Source of the DNA: Nitrospirota bacterium
GTDB lineage: Bacteria > Nitrospirota > UBA9217
Length of the DNA: 64,000 nt
NCBI GenBank assembly: GCA_963818475.1
Contig: CAWFSF010000002.1
Span: forward strand, 480,001 to 544,000
Reading direction: 5' to 3'
Below, one piece after another: positions 54,051 to 64,000 of the stretch. The translations under genes and the position numbers were made by a program. The notes under the pieces are model-generated. The model ran no database searches. It was not told the DNA's origin and was given only the letters and a program-made list of their open reading frames with translations. Within the stretch, counting starts at the first letter, position 1. Each line of letters begins with the position of its first letter.

Positions 54051-55286
54051 ATGCGGTATTTTATGATGGTATGCAGCATCAGCTTCACGCTGCTCTTCAC
54101 GGCTGCGGCTTTTGGCGCTGCCCCGAAGAGCGAATGTATCGAGTGTCACAAAAAGGTGACGCCCGGCGTAGTGCAGCAGCACCTTGAGGGGAAGATGGGC
54201 AAGAAGGGCATTGACTGCTCTGCCTGCCACGGTTCGGAGCACAGGAATATGGACGATGCCAGGCTTGCGAAAATGCCGACGCCCGAGACCTGCGCCAAAT
54301 GCCATGGCACGCAGACCAGCCAGTTCAAGGCGGGCAAGCATAACCTGGCATGGGTGGCGTCAAGCTCAATGCCGATGATGGGGCATCAGCCGAAGGCCGT
54401 TGCCGGCGACGGCTACAAGGGGTGCTCGAGCTGCCACAAGATCGGCGCCAAGTCGGACGCGGAAAAGGCCCAGATGCGCTACGGACACGCCCAGTGCGAC
54501 TCGTGCCATACGCGCCACTCATTCAAGAAATCCGAGGCCCGGGACCCGCGTGCCTGCCAGACCTGTCACATGGGATTCGACCATCCCCAGTGGGAAATGT
54601 ATTCGACGTCCAAGCACGGCACGATCTGGCAGATCGAGGGCAATGACAGCAAACGGGCGCCCACGTGCCAGACCTGCCACATGAGCAACGGCGACCATAA
54701 TGTCATGACCTCCTGGGGCTTTTTGGCGGTGCGCCTGCCTGAAGACGACAAGGAATGGATGAACGACCGGGTGACGATCCTGCAGGCCCTCGGCGTGCTC
54801 GACGATAAGGGCGCGCCCACGGCGCGGCTCGATCTGGTAAAGGCCGGTAAGGTCGCCCGGCTCACCAAGGAAGAGTTCCAGAAGGAGCGCGACAAGATGA
54901 CCGCCATCTGCGCGAAGTGCCATGGCGCGTCCTATGCCAAGGGCCAGCTTGATGCAGCGGACCTGGTGATCAAGGATGTCGATAAGATCATGGCGGAGGC
55001 CATCCGTGAAGTGCAGGGCCTGTACCGGGACGGAGTGCTCGTGAAGCCCGCGAGCTGGACCTTTGCGCCCGATCTTCTCCAGTTCTACGAGGCGAAGAGC
55101 GCCGTGGAGCAGGACCTCTATGTCATGTTCCTGGAGTACCGGATGCGCGCCTTCGAAGGGGCCTTCCACATGAACCCGGACTACATGCACTGGTATGGCT
55201 GGGCGCCGATGAAGGAGACGCTTCAGAAGATCAAGGACGAGTCTGCAAAGCTGCGCGCCGAAAAGACCTTGTCCCGCGCCAAGTAA
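54051..55286 (+). CDS. Octaheme cytochrome c, hydroxylamine oxidoreductase (HAO)-like family
   Basis: Signal peptide and eight CxxCH motifs; CDSCHTRHSF, CHMGFDHPQWEMY..SKHG, APTCQTCHM, FHMNPDY..WYGW. Confidence 0.88.
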   Translation: MRYFMMVCSISFTLLFTAAAFGAAPKSECIECHKKVTPGVVQQHLEGKMGKKGIDCSACHGSEHRNMDDARLAKMPTPETCAKCHGTQTSQFKAGKHNLAWVASSSMPMMGHQPKAVAGDGYKGCSSCHKIGAKSDAEKAQMRYGHAQCDSCHTRHSFKKSEARDPRACQTCHMGFDHPQWEMYSTSKHGTIWQIEGNDSKRAPTCQTCHMSNGDHNVMTSWGFLAVRLPEDDKEWMNDRVTILQALGVLDDKGAPTARLDLVKAGKVARLTKEEFQKERDKMTAICAKCHGASYAKGQLDAADLVIKDVDKIMAEAIREVQGLYRDGVLVKPASWTFAPDLLQFYEAKSAVEQDLYVMFLEYRMRAFEGAFHMNPDYMHWYGWAPMKETLQKIKDESAKLRAEKTLSRAK

Positions 55287-55313
55287 GCATCGCATCATAA
55301 AGCAACCTGCACC

Positions 55314-55347
55314 AAAGGGGAGGAACGGACCGTTCCTCCCCTTTTTT
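55314..55347 (+). terminator. Rho-independent terminator
   Basis: AAAGGGGAGGAACG-GAC-CGTTCCTCCCCTTTTTT. Confidence 0.85.
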
Positions 55348-55494
55348 CATTCCATCGCTGTATGGACATTCACAGCCAAACCTGATATGATTTTATATCG
55401 TTGACGCTTAAGAGTATTGTTCATCCTGTCAGCAACGGTCCTGCTGACCGTTATATTCGTTCCCTGCACCGGAGACCGGAGTACGGAGGCGGCT

Positions 55495-55944
55495 ATGAGC
55501 GATCTGAAGATAACGAGTCCGGCATTCAGCATGAACGGCCCTATTCCTGCCCAATATACCTGCGACGGCGATGATGTGAACCCGCCGCTGCTGATCGAGA
55601 ACCTTCCCCCTGGCACACAGTCTCTTGCGCTGATCGTCGACGATCCCGACGCTTCCGGAGGCTCCTTTATCCACTGGGTGGTCTGGAACATCGGCCCGGA
55701 AACAAGGGAGATCGCAGAGAACACCCTCCCGCCGCATGCTCTGCAGGGAAAGAACGATTTTCGCCAGCAAAGCTACGGCGGCCCCTGTCCTCCTTCGGGC
55801 ACCCACCGCTATTTTTTCAAACTCTACGCACTGGATACGAAAATAAAACTCGGGACCGGAACGGGCAAAGCAGCGCTCGAGGCTGCCATAAAAGGACATG
55901 TGCTCGCGAGATCAGAGCTGGTCGGGCGCTACACCCGGAAGTAG
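55495..55944 (+). CDS. YbhB/YbcL (PEBP) family protein
   Basis: [42 protein letters not shown]; the start may lie upstream (signal-like segment from 55417). Confidence 0.93.
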   Translation: MSDLKITSPAFSMNGPIPAQYTCDGDDVNPPLLIENLPPGTQSLALIVDDPDASGGSFIHWVVWNIGPETREIAENTLPPHALQGKNDFRQQSYGGPCPPSGTHRYFFKLYALDTKIKLGTGTGKAALEAAIKGHVLARSELVGRYTRK

Positions 55945-55972
55945 CGCGGGCCGCATTGAGGGGGAGAAGAGA

Positions 55973-56905
55973 ATGAGAATTTTTTCCGATATCACGAAGA
56001 CCGTAGGCAGCACGCCGCTCGTCAGGATCAACCGGATGGCAAAAGGCATGGCCGGCGAGGTCGTGGCAAAGCTGGAAAGCTTCAATCCCTTGTCGAGCGT
56101 CAAGGACCGCATCGGCGTGGCCATGATCGAGGCAGCGGAAGCAGCCGGCCTGATCAACAAAGAGACGGTGATCATCGAACCCACCAGCGGCAATACCGGC
56201 ATTGCGCTCGCCTTTAGCTGTGCCGCCAAGGGCTACCGCCTGGTCCTGACCATGCCCGACACCATGAGCATGGAACGGCGCGCCCTGCTGCGGCTCTTCG
56301 GCGCGGAACTGGTCCTCACCGAAGGGGCAAAAGGCATGAAAGGCGCCATCGTCAAGGCGGAAGAACTTTCCCTGGAGCACAAGAACAGTTTTGTCCCCAT
56401 GCAGTTCCAGAACCTGGCCAACCCCGAGGCGCATCGCAGAACGACTGCCCAGGAGATCTGGACGGACACGGACGGCAAGGTTGACATTCTCGTGGCCGGC
56501 GTTGGCACGGGCGGCACGATCACCGGCGTGGCCGACGTGCTGAAAAAAAGAAAGCCGTCGTTCAAGGCGATCGCGGTCGAACCCAAAGACTCGCCCGTGC
56601 TGTCGGGCGGCAGCGCAGGCCCGCACAAGATCCAGGGCCTCGGCGCGGGCTTCGTGCCCGGCGTGCTGAAGAGCGAGCTTGTCGATGAGATCATCCAGGT
56701 GACGAACGAGGCGGCAGGAGAAGCAGCAAGGCAGCTCGCAAAACAGGAAGGCATCCTTGCCGGGATCTCGTCAGGCGCAGCGCTCTGGGCGGCGCTCGAG
56801 GTGGCCCGGCGTCCGGAGAATGCGCAGAAGCTCATCGTGGTGGTGCTCCCTGATACCGGAGAGCGCTATCTGTCGACCTGGCTGTTCCAGGAGTATATGA
56901 AGTAG
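55973..56905 (+). CDS. cysK: Cysteine synthase A
   Basis: [43 protein letters not shown]. Confidence 0.96.
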   Translation: MRIFSDITKTVGSTPLVRINRMAKGMAGEVVAKLESFNPLSSVKDRIGVAMIEAAEAAGLINKETVIIEPTSGNTGIALAFSCAAKGYRLVLTMPDTMSMERRALLRLFGAELVLTEGAKGMKGAIVKAEELSLEHKNSFVPMQFQNLANPEAHRRTTAQEIWTDTDGKVDILVAGVGTGGTITGVADVLKKRKPSFKAIAVEPKDSPVLSGGSAGPHKIQGLGAGFVPGVLKSELVDEIIQVTNEAAGEAARQLAKQEGILAGISSGAALWAALEVARRPENAQKLIVVVLPDTGERYLSTWLFQEYMK

Positions 56906-56937
56906 CACGGATATGCTGATGACCAGACCAGGAACGC

Positions 56938-56965
56938 AAAAAGGCCCCGTATCGGGGCCTTTTTT
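56938..56965. terminator. Bidirectional terminator
   Basis: AAAAAGGCCCCG-TAT-CGGGGCCTTTTTT. Confidence 0.85.
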
Positions 56966-56994
56966 ATTGCGATTTATAAACCAAGAAACGACAG

Positions 56995-57144
56995 TTGGAC
57001 GCAGATGGACGCGAACTTTCGCAGATAAACCAGTTCTTCAATTGGGAAATCACCACAAGTGTGGGCCTTCATCAGTATTAAAGAGTTTTTATAGTCTGTC
57101 TTTTTCCGCCTTATCTGCGTTTATCAGATTTCATCTGCGGCCAA
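56995..57144. repeat. 9-bp-periodic inverted-repeat element (CGCAGAT type)
   Basis: TTGGACGCAGATG...CGCAGATAA versus TTATCTGCG...CATCTGCGGCCAA. Confidence 0.7.
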
Positions 57145-57175
57145 GTGCTTATTTCTCTGGCTTAAGCATCACGCT

Positions 57176-57965
57176 TCAGCTGTCTGCATAAGCTCGATCG
57201 GCATGCGCGCCCGTTCGGGCTCGTCGAGCAGGATCGAAGCCGCTTTGGTCAGCTCCGACGGCGTCTTGCCGCCTGCAGGAAGCATGATGAGCGATAGCCG
57301 CATATTCATCCGCTGCCTTCAGGATCTCCTCGTCAGGATACCCGGACCGGAGCACTTCAGCGACCTCAACTCCCTGCCCTGCCAGTGATTCTCTCATGAG
57401 CTTCAGCATTGCCAGCAGTTCCCTTGCTCACCTGCTCAAGCTCTTTGTTCTCTGCAGCGTTGTAGAGATGTATGGGAACGATGCCGAGCAGCAGGATCTT
57501 CGAGCCAGTGGCCCGGGCCTCAGCAAGAATGTTCTCCCGGTCCGAAAGCAGCATTTCCGAGTTGTCCACCGGCACCAGGATCAGGCCGGGCATGATGTAC
57601 ACGGGGCAGGAAGCCTTCTTCGCAAGCGCCTTGTAGCGGGGCGTGGCAAGGACCAGGTCCGCCTTCTCAGCTGCTGAAATGCGCAAAGCCTCCTCGATGG
57701 TATCGCCTTCTTCGGACAGTACACGTACGCGAAGATCATGGCGTCCGGCTTCGTTGATCAGGGTCTCTGCATCGCGCCGATGCCTCGCTGCTTCTGCGCG
57801 GGCGATCTCCTCTGCCCGCGGTCCTGCGTCATAATCCACGAAGAGGCTGCTCTGAAATACCTGCAGCACGATCAACTCGCCGTCTTTTTCCTTTATCTTC
57901 CGAAGCCCGTACTGCAGGGCAGCCTTGGACTGGAGCGTTCCGTCATAAATCGTCAGGATCTTCAT
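57176..57965 (-). CDS. Tandem universal stress protein (frameshift near 57410)
   Basis: MKILTIYDGTLQSKAAL, second domain ILVPVDNS, GYPDEEILKAA. Confidence 0.85.
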
Positions 57966-58170
57966 AGCAACCTCCAGGATCATTTTATCTCAATAAAAAC
58001 AACAAGTGCAACAAAAAAAATTAACGCAACATTTAACTGCACTAGCAATTAACCGTTTTGGCAGAAACTATCACGCTATAACGCCTAAAAACAGGATATT
58101 GTGCAATATTAAATTGCACCGCATGTAGGCAGCGTCTACTATTTTCCATAAATTCAATGGCATTACAATC

Positions 58171-58186
58171 AGGCATTGCCATTGCA
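58171..58186 (+). promoter_or_regulatory. Probable sigma54 promoter of the small-protein operon
   Basis: AGGCATTGCCATTGCA has GG-N10-GC spacing; YGCA-N9-TGCA dyads lie upstream at 58025-58041 and 58102-58118. Confidence 0.55.
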
Positions 58187-58243
58187 ATATCAAGTACTGA
58201 AAAGCGATCAAAAAACTTTCAATCTCGTCCAATGGAGGCCATA

Positions 58244-58375
58244 ATGAAAAAGCTCGCCATGATGTTTGAAGATCTTTGGGTTGCAATTGCCTTTGCAGAA
58301 GAAGGCATCTATGAGGCTCCGCGGCCGCTTGAACAACAGCCCCGGATCGCTGAACCAATCCGCATCCATGCTTAG
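58244..58375 (+). CDS. 43-aa small protein (FEDLWVAIAFAEEG motif)
   Basis: GGAGG RBS; MKKLAMMFEDLWVAIAFAEEGIYEAPRPLEQQPRIAEPIRIHA. Confidence 0.7.
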   Translation: MKKLAMMFEDLWVAIAFAEEGIYEAPRPLEQQPRIAEPIRIHA

Positions 58376-58398
58376 ATAAGCCTGACAAGGAGGCAACC

Positions 58399-58569
58399 AT
58401 GCAACCCGATGTAATAATGATCGTCGCTCAGAAACCTCCTGCTGGTTCAGCTCTTGATCGGCATAACGCTTGCCGGAAACTCTCCCCGGCTTCAGCAGGA
58501 ACTGCTTCGGATCTGGAAGACGCTCAAGTCCCCATTGCTTTGGAAAAAGCCGAGCAAGCCCAATCATAA
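58399..58569 (+). CDS. 56-aa small hypothetical protein
   Basis: AAGGAGG RBS; MQPDVIMIVAQKPPAGSALDRHNACRK...EKAEQAQS*; below the ORF-track length cutoff. Confidence 0.5.
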   Translation: MQPDVIMIVAQKPPAGSALDRHNACRKLSPASAGTASDLEDAQVPIALEKAEQAQS

Positions 58570-58632
58570 GTCAGGAAAGTTCTGGGAGATCGACATGACC
58601 GATTTTGAACCCTGAGCGGCCTGACTTCCTTT

Positions 58633-58836
58633 TTAGTTCAAGTGCGACACTTCAAAGAGGACGTACATGAGAATGGCGACAGGCCCCACGGTCACGACCA
58701 CGGTGGCTGCGGTCCGGGCCGCCTTTCCGTAGATGTCCAGCCGGCCGATCATGCTCGGCACCATGAGCGATCCCAGGAACATCATCTGGAACAGCATAAA
58801 AAAATTCGATTGTAAAAATGCGTGTTCAAGCTCCAT
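58633..58836 (-). CDS. Small two-TM membrane protein
   Basis: 67 aa, GGAG RBS, two hydrophobic segments; downstream of the USP gene. Confidence 0.7.
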   Translation of the reverse strand: MELEHAFLQSNFFMLFQMMFLGSLMVPSMIGRLDIYGKAARTAATVVVTVGPVAILMYVLFEVSHLN

Positions 58837-58930
58837 CGTAAGTCTCCATCCGTTTTAATGTAAGCTGCAGCGCTACACGGGCCGCGCAGGCCCCGTGCTC
58901 CTATCCGCTCATAAAACCCGCGTCATGCTC

Positions 58931-59362
58931 CTACATCGTTTTCGTTGAGACCGCCGCGACATGAAGCTTCGCAGCTTCGCTCGCCAGTTCCGACGCTCCC
59001 ACTGCCTGCTGGTACTTGTTGATGATCTTCGTGAACTTCGGGGGGCAGAGCAGCACGTCGACCTTCTCGGCCTTGGCAAAGCTCACGATCTCGTCGGTCG
59101 GGTTCCCTTCGGTGCTGAAGAGGCTTGCTTTCACGCCCTTGCCCTTCTCGCGGATGATCGTCTTTGCCTCTTCGATGAACCGCGCGGCCTCGGCCCGGGC
59201 AGCGCCCTCTGCGCCGATCGTTGCATCGTAATCAACGAACATCCCGCTGTTGAACACATGGAGCGCAACCACTTCGCCGCCTTTTTCACGCGCCTTGTCC
59301 ATACCGTATACCAGAGCTTCCTTCGCCTGCAGCGTCCCGTCATAAGCAACCATGATCTTCAT
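58931..59362 (-). CDS. Universal stress protein
   Basis: MKIMVAYDGTLQAKEAL, EGNPTDEIV; paralog of the N-terminal domain of the gene at 57965. Confidence 0.92.
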   Translation of the reverse strand: MKIMVAYDGTLQAKEALVYGMDKAREKGGEVVALHVFNSGMFVDYDATIGAEGAARAEAARFIEEAKTIIREKGKGVKASLFSTEGNPTDEIVSFAKAEKVDVLLCPPKFTKIINKYQQAVGASELASEAAKLHVAAVSTKTM

Positions 59363-59418
59363 TGCACTACCTCCCTTGAGATTTTTTATTTTGTTTGTGT
59401 GCGACCTTGCCTGACATA

Positions 59419-59519
59419 TTGCATGGGCCGTGCCAGAAGTGCTGATCATTGCTTATCAATAGGTTACATGGTGAGGCGCAGTTTTTTTACTGCATGAAGG
59501 GGCGCAAGAAAATACTGCG
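59419..59519 (-). promoter_or_regulatory. sigma54 promoter with IHF site and upstream dyads
   Basis: Minus strand TGGCACGGCCCATGCAA (59419-59435); TATCAATAGGTTA (59454-59466); CGCA-N9/10-TGCR at 59477-59494 and 59503-59519. Confidence 0.75.
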
Positions 59520-59734
59520 GAAGGGAGTGTCGCAGAACAAATTGCAATAAGAACCATTCTGCAATCCCCTTAAAATACTCCGCGGATATCCGCCTTTTCC
59601 TTTTACAATGGTTTAATATTATGCTACTTTCAGTGCAGTTGTTAGAATTTCAATAGGCAGGAAAGCCTTGCAGAGTTAAAATCACCTTCTGCCGGCGACA
59701 ATATAGGAATCATCATGAAGAGGAGGACTGCACC

Positions 59735-60097
59735 ATGAAAATACTGCTTGCCGAAGACGAAAAGGCCCTGGGGATGATCCTGAAAAAATCGCTCGAAGAG
59801 GATGGATATATCGTGGACCTCGTTACCGACGGCGTCGAGGCTGTTTCGAGTTTTATGGACAACGTATACGACTTCGTGCTTCTGGATATCAAGATGCCCA
59901 AACTAGACGGCATCAGTGCCCTCAAGTTGATTAAAAAAATCAATCCGGACGTCCCTGCTGTGACCTTTTCCGGCAACGCGGGGAGCGCGGAGATGCTGGA
60001 CTCCATAAAGGCCGGGGCTCACATCGTCCTTCCCAAGCCCTTTGCGATCGCCCAGTTGAAAGAGGAAATCAAAAAATATAGTTCAAGCAAGTGGTAG
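59735..60097 (+). CDS. Single-domain response regulator receiver
   Basis: ILLAEDE, LLDIKMPKLDG, KPF. Confidence 0.93.
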   Translation: MKILLAEDEKALGMILKKSLEEDGYIVDLVTDGVEAVSSFMDNVYDFVLLDIKMPKLDGISALKLIKKINPDVPAVTFSGNAGSAEMLDSIKAGAHIVLPKPFAIAQLKEEIKKYSSSKW

Positions 60098-60313
60098 CAC
60101 TGACGCCCCGCATTAATTCAGCATCTCCCCATACTCCTCCGGACATAGGTTCCGGAGGAATACCCAGGTCTTTATCGCTGCATCCCGCTCTTCCCGTTCA
60201 ATGCTCGTAAGCAGCGCCATCGCCTCCTTGCCGTCAGCCGACTCGTGACCGTCTCGGGCACCGGGCTTGACGGGTTGACTTATTGCCCACCCCTAGTCTT
60301 TAACCTTAAAAAA

Positions 60314-60475
60314 GCATTTGGACACGGATTAACACGGATAAGAGCCGGATAACGGCAGATTATTTCTTTTATAAGAGGTTCACCCAATAGGTGAATGCTT
60401 TAGAATTTATCCGCGTCGCTTAGAAGCGCCTACTTCTGGTAATCAGATGTTTCCGATTCTTCCGTGTCCAAATGC
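60314..60475. repeat. MITE-like inverted-repeat element, copy 2 (inverted, with 23-bp insertion)
   Basis: Reverse complement of 1129-1272 plus the insert CGCTTAGAAGCGCCTACTTCTGG at 60417-60439. Confidence 0.85.
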
Positions 60476-60653
60476 CTTTTTTAGGTTTAACACTATTTGG
60501 ACCTCCCTCTCTTGCGCTGTATCCCGCATCATCCGCCGCGTCATCCGCTGCCTGGCCGGTGGTATAATTACTTAGGAGTCCCTTTTTCCCACTCTACTGT
60601 TCGGAGCGGTGAACCGCGAAGACTGAAAAGAGGAGGATCTCAGGAGGTGGCGA

Positions 60654-61328
60654 ATGAAGAACAATAAAAAAATAAATAAGATCGGGATAGTCGGATCAGG
60701 TCATATCGGGGGAAACCTTGGAATTCTGCTCGCAAAGGCAGGATACGAGGTTCTCTATAGTTCAAGACATCCCGATACGCTCAAGAGCCTTGTCAAGACC
60801 TCCGGGCCCAAAGCCTGCGCCGGGACCGTCGCCGAAGCGATCGCATTTGGAGATGTTATCGTGCTGTCGCTTCCGCTCAAGGCTTTACCGGAGCTTGACG
60901 CTGAAGCAAAGGCGGCCCTGAAGGGCAAGATCGTGATAGACACATCGAATCCTTATCCTGAGAGAGACGGGGTGATCGCAGAAGAAGCGAGAAAAGAGCC
61001 GGGCGGTATGGGCACCTTCGTGTCCCGTCTTCTGCCGGGTGCAAGGATAGTAAGGGCGTTCAATACGGTCTATTTCGAAGACCTCAAAATAACAAAGACC
61101 CAACGTGGTGAAAAGATCGGGATCCCGATAGCCAGCGACGACCAGGAAGGATTGAAAGCCGCTGTCGAGCTCGTGGAGAAGGCGGGTCTTGACCCTGTTG
61201 TCGTGGGAAACTTGAGTACATCGAAATTGTTCGATGTGGGAACCGCTGTGTATGCAACGAGCGCCCCGGCGAGCAGGATCAGGGAAAGATTAAACCTGAA
61301 ACCTGCCGGTTCAAGGCGTGCGGCTTAG
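60654..61328 (+). CDS. NADP oxidoreductase, F420-dependent/NADPH-dependent family
   Basis: IGIVGSGHIG, GKIVIDTSNPY, IVRAFNTV, ASDD. Confidence 0.9.
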   Translation: MKNNKKINKIGIVGSGHIGGNLGILLAKAGYEVLYSSRHPDTLKSLVKTSGPKACAGTVAEAIAFGDVIVLSLPLKALPELDAEAKAALKGKIVIDTSNPYPERDGVIAEEARKEPGGMGTFVSRLLPGARIVRAFNTVYFEDLKITKTQRGEKIGIPIASDDQEGLKAAVELVEKAGLDPVVVGNLSTSKLFDVGTAVYATSAPASRIRERLNLKPAGSRRAA

Positions 61329-61402
61329 CTGCAAGTGTTCGGGAAGAGGGCTGCGGTTTCACACCGGTGAAGAGGTTCTAGGGCAAGCTTGTTCGTTGAA
61401 TC

Positions 61403-62302
61403 TTAAATTTTCTTATTTGATTTTTTCGTCCTGGAACGCCGGTATTTCCTGGTTTTCGCTGCCGGAGTATCTTCGACTAGGCGTACCGAACTGAACTGCT
61501 CAGGGTCTGAACTGAGGTCAACGAGCATTGACGTGCTCCTCCATAGCCTGCTGCGAGAGGGAGCGCCGAGAATGGCTGTATACACGAGTCCGTTCCCGGT
61601 TTCCATGGCGCCCACGAAGCAGTGCTGTGCCCTGTTCGTAAACCCGGTCTTTCCGCCGACCATGTCATCGCGGTACCAAAGCAGCGCGTCGGTATTGCTG
61701 ATGTTCCATTCTCTTCCATCTGCCAGGGTAACAGACGCCTCTTTTTTTCCGATTATCTCTCTGATAATCGGATAGGTGAGGGCATTTTTCAGGATGATCG
61801 TGAGATCCAGGGCTGTCGTATGCTGGTCGGTTCCGGGAAGTCCCGATGAGTTTTTGAATAGGGTATCCGCCGTCCCGATCTCCAGTGCCTTCCGGTTCAT
61901 CAATTCCACAAAATCGTCCTCTGATCCGCCTGCAGCTTCGGCCAGGGCGACTGCCGCTGAATTGGTCGATTTCATGAGCGCCAGGTGGAGCAGATCATCC
62001 ACGGTTAATTGGTCGCCTTCTCTGAGTCTTGGCCTGCTTGAAGGCGTTCCTGCCGCACGCCTGCTTATCGTGACGACCGATTCGTGGTCCAGTTTATCGA
62101 GGGCGACCATGGCAGTCATCAGTTTTACCGTGCTGGCCGGAGGGAGTCTCATCGAGGCGTTCTTGGAAAAGAGGATCGCCTCCTCTTCATTCAGGAGAAC
62201 GAAAGCTTTTGCGCGGATTGCCCGGGCGGAAGAAGCGAAAGCCGGTTGAGCAGATGTAATAAATAGAAGTGCAACGATCAAACAAACAATTCTTCGTCTC
62301 AT
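61403..62302 (-). CDS. D-alanyl-D-alanine carboxypeptidase (peptidase S11)
   Basis: PASTVKLMT (SxxK), STN (SxN), GKTGFT; signal peptide. Confidence 0.92.
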   Translation of the reverse strand: MRRRIVCLIVALLFITSAQPAFASSARAIRAKAFVLLNEEEAILFSKNASMRLPPASTVKLMTAMVALDKLDHESVVTISRRAAGTPSSRPRLREGDQLTVDDLLHLALMKSTNSAAVALAEAAGGSEDDFVELMNRKALEIGTADTLFKNSSGLPGTDQHTTALDLTIILKNALTYPIIREIIGKKEASVTLADGREWNISNTDALLWYRDDMVGGKTGFTNRAQHCFVGAMETGNGLVYTAILGAPSRSRLWRSTSMLVDLSSDPEQFSSVRLVEDTPAAKTRKYRRSRTKKSNKKI

Positions 62303-62474
62303 ATCATGCCCGGCTCCTGCTCTTAAATATATCAGATGTGTGATAACTGCGGGATTATAGCGGAAAAAAGACAACTAATGAGTGATTTGAATCACCAATC
62401 CGAAGCGAAGATGTATACTATGGACCGTTAGTCGCGCGGCGGGCTAATCGATCGATTGCGAGACGATGAAAAGC

Positions 62475-62500
62475 GGGAAGGCTCAGAAATGAGCCTTCCC
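62475..62500. terminator. Hairpin after the RCC1-repeat gene
   Basis: GGGAAGGCTC-AGAAAT-GAGCCTTCCC. Confidence 0.6.
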
Positions 62501-62512
62501 AGGGAACTTTAA

Positions 62513-64000
62513 CTAGGGATTTTCAAGTAAAATCGTATCCTTGAAGACAGCAGATTCGTTACCAACCATATCTTTGAATCGAACGTACACTGCCTTTTTT
62601 CCGTCGCTGCTCTCAAGCATCCAGAGTTTTGTTTGGGCGAATGTTTCATAGTTAGACCAGATCAGATTATCATTACTGAACTGCACCTCGGAGATGCCGC
62701 TTAAATCGGTGCCTTTTAATACCAAAGAAACCTCTGCGCTGTTCGTTAACGGCATTCGGTCGTTAATAATAACGCTTCCCTCGGTATCTACAGGCACTGG
62801 AATTTTTTTATCGGGGGCGCTTCCATCTCCGAGCTGACCATACCCGTTATAGCCCCAGGTCCAGAGGGTATTGTCCGACTTCAATGCAGCAGTATGAAAA
62901 GCTCCAGTCTCTACCAGAACCCAATCGGCATCGTTTCCTACCTGTATTGGCTGTAGAGAATCCGTTGTCCTGCCGTCCTCGCCAAGCTGCCCGTAGCCAT
63001 AGGAACCCCATGCCCAGAGTGTGCTGTCGGATCTGCGGGCAAGACTATGGTTATTTCCGCATGATATCCTATCCCAGCCCCACGCTGCATCTCCAATTAA
63101 AACCGGCTGTGTTTTTAGGGTTTTGTTTCCATTGCCTAACTGCCCATACCAATTGTAGCCCCAGGTATACAGCCTGCCATTGGTGTCAAGCGCAAGAGTA
63201 TGATTACCACCGGCAGCCATCGACATCCAGTGGCCTGAAAAAGGAGTCAGGGGAAAAATGAACTGTACCAGACCCAGCTTACTTACCTTGGTCGCATCAC
63301 CTAGTTGACCGTAATGATTATAACCGCATGTCCATAGTTCACCCAGTTGATTGAGAGCAAGCGTATGGTTCGCGCCTGCCACAACAGCGACCCAGTTCGT
63401 TGCCGTGCCTATATGTAAAGGAGCTTTCGAATCGGCTGTCGCTGTGGGACCGCTGCAAAGCTGGCCATATGTATTCTGTCCCCATGTCCACAGAGAGCCG
63501 TCCTGTTTTAGTGCCACACTATGGTTAGCGCCAAGCGATACGGAAGTCCAGGGAATCGCATTTGCGTCGGGATCATTCGTAACGATCTTGATGGGTACAA
63601 TTCTTTTAGTTACAGTATTATCTCCCAATTGTCCATTATTGTTGTATCCCCAGGCCCACAACTCTCCGTTATCTTTCACTGCAGCTGAATGATATTGCCC
63701 TGCCGACACCGCCTTCCAGTTTGTTTCAGTACCAATATTTGCAACATTAACGGGTACTGCTTTATCAATTGAGGAATTATTTCCCAATTGTCCATAAAAA
63801 TTGTGGCCCCATGTCCAGAGAGTTCCATCATCTTTTATGGCAATGGTATGATATTGTCCCCCTGCCACTGCTTTCCAAGTAGTGCCAAGCTCCGATTAAG
63901 GTCGGCTTGGTCCGGTTGATTCCGCCATAGATATCGTCATTACCCCAGATCCAGACCGTACCATCGTTTTTTAAGCCAACCGAATGGTACAGTCTCCCGA
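62513..64000 (-). CDS. RCC1/BLIP-II repeat beta-propeller protein (5' end outside window, frameshift near 63890)
   Basis: Repeated AG..HT.A...DG.LW.WG.N.YGQLG units; C-terminal FSND....W...DGKKAVYVRFKD.VGN module. Confidence 0.9.

Noticed and set aside
60114-60295. Possible riboswitch or small ORF between the response regulator and the MITE
   Set aside because: Only a partial resemblance to the ZTP-riboswitch 3' motif, and the 35-aa minus-strand ORF has poor RBS spacing. Not supportable.

Overview
This is a mostly housekeeping, GC-rich bacterial chromosome segment. Gene order and protein style suggest Nitrospirota or a deltaproteobacteria-like lineage (inference). Core genes include rpsU-yqeY-nif3-mutS2-dnaG-rpoD-tRNA-Ile2(CAT)-zinc-ribbon-rnhA-rnpB, argJC, rplM-rpsI, rpsB-tsf-pyrH-frr, a split atpB-atpE, gltX, pdxA, prfC, trpB2 and cysK. 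Many genes, including essential ones (tsf, dnaG), carry single-base frameshifts that are most likely uncorrected long-read indels. The accessory region (about 1.7-8.4 kb) holds an integron-type array of four gene cassettes with four attC sites and a candidate attI, but no integrase. Where intI would sit there are five copies of an 18-bp palindrome and the remnant of a small co-oriented gene, both interrupted by an IS1182-like element. Other notable items: a three-copy MITE-like inverted repeat, a 23-bp module inserted into two unrelated repeat families, an orphan triple-CheW/coiled-coil/TM/LysM gene with a hairpin leader, sigma54-type promoters driving tiny proteins and USP genes, and an octaheme HAO-like cytochrome. 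All calls come from reading the sequence; no database searches were run.
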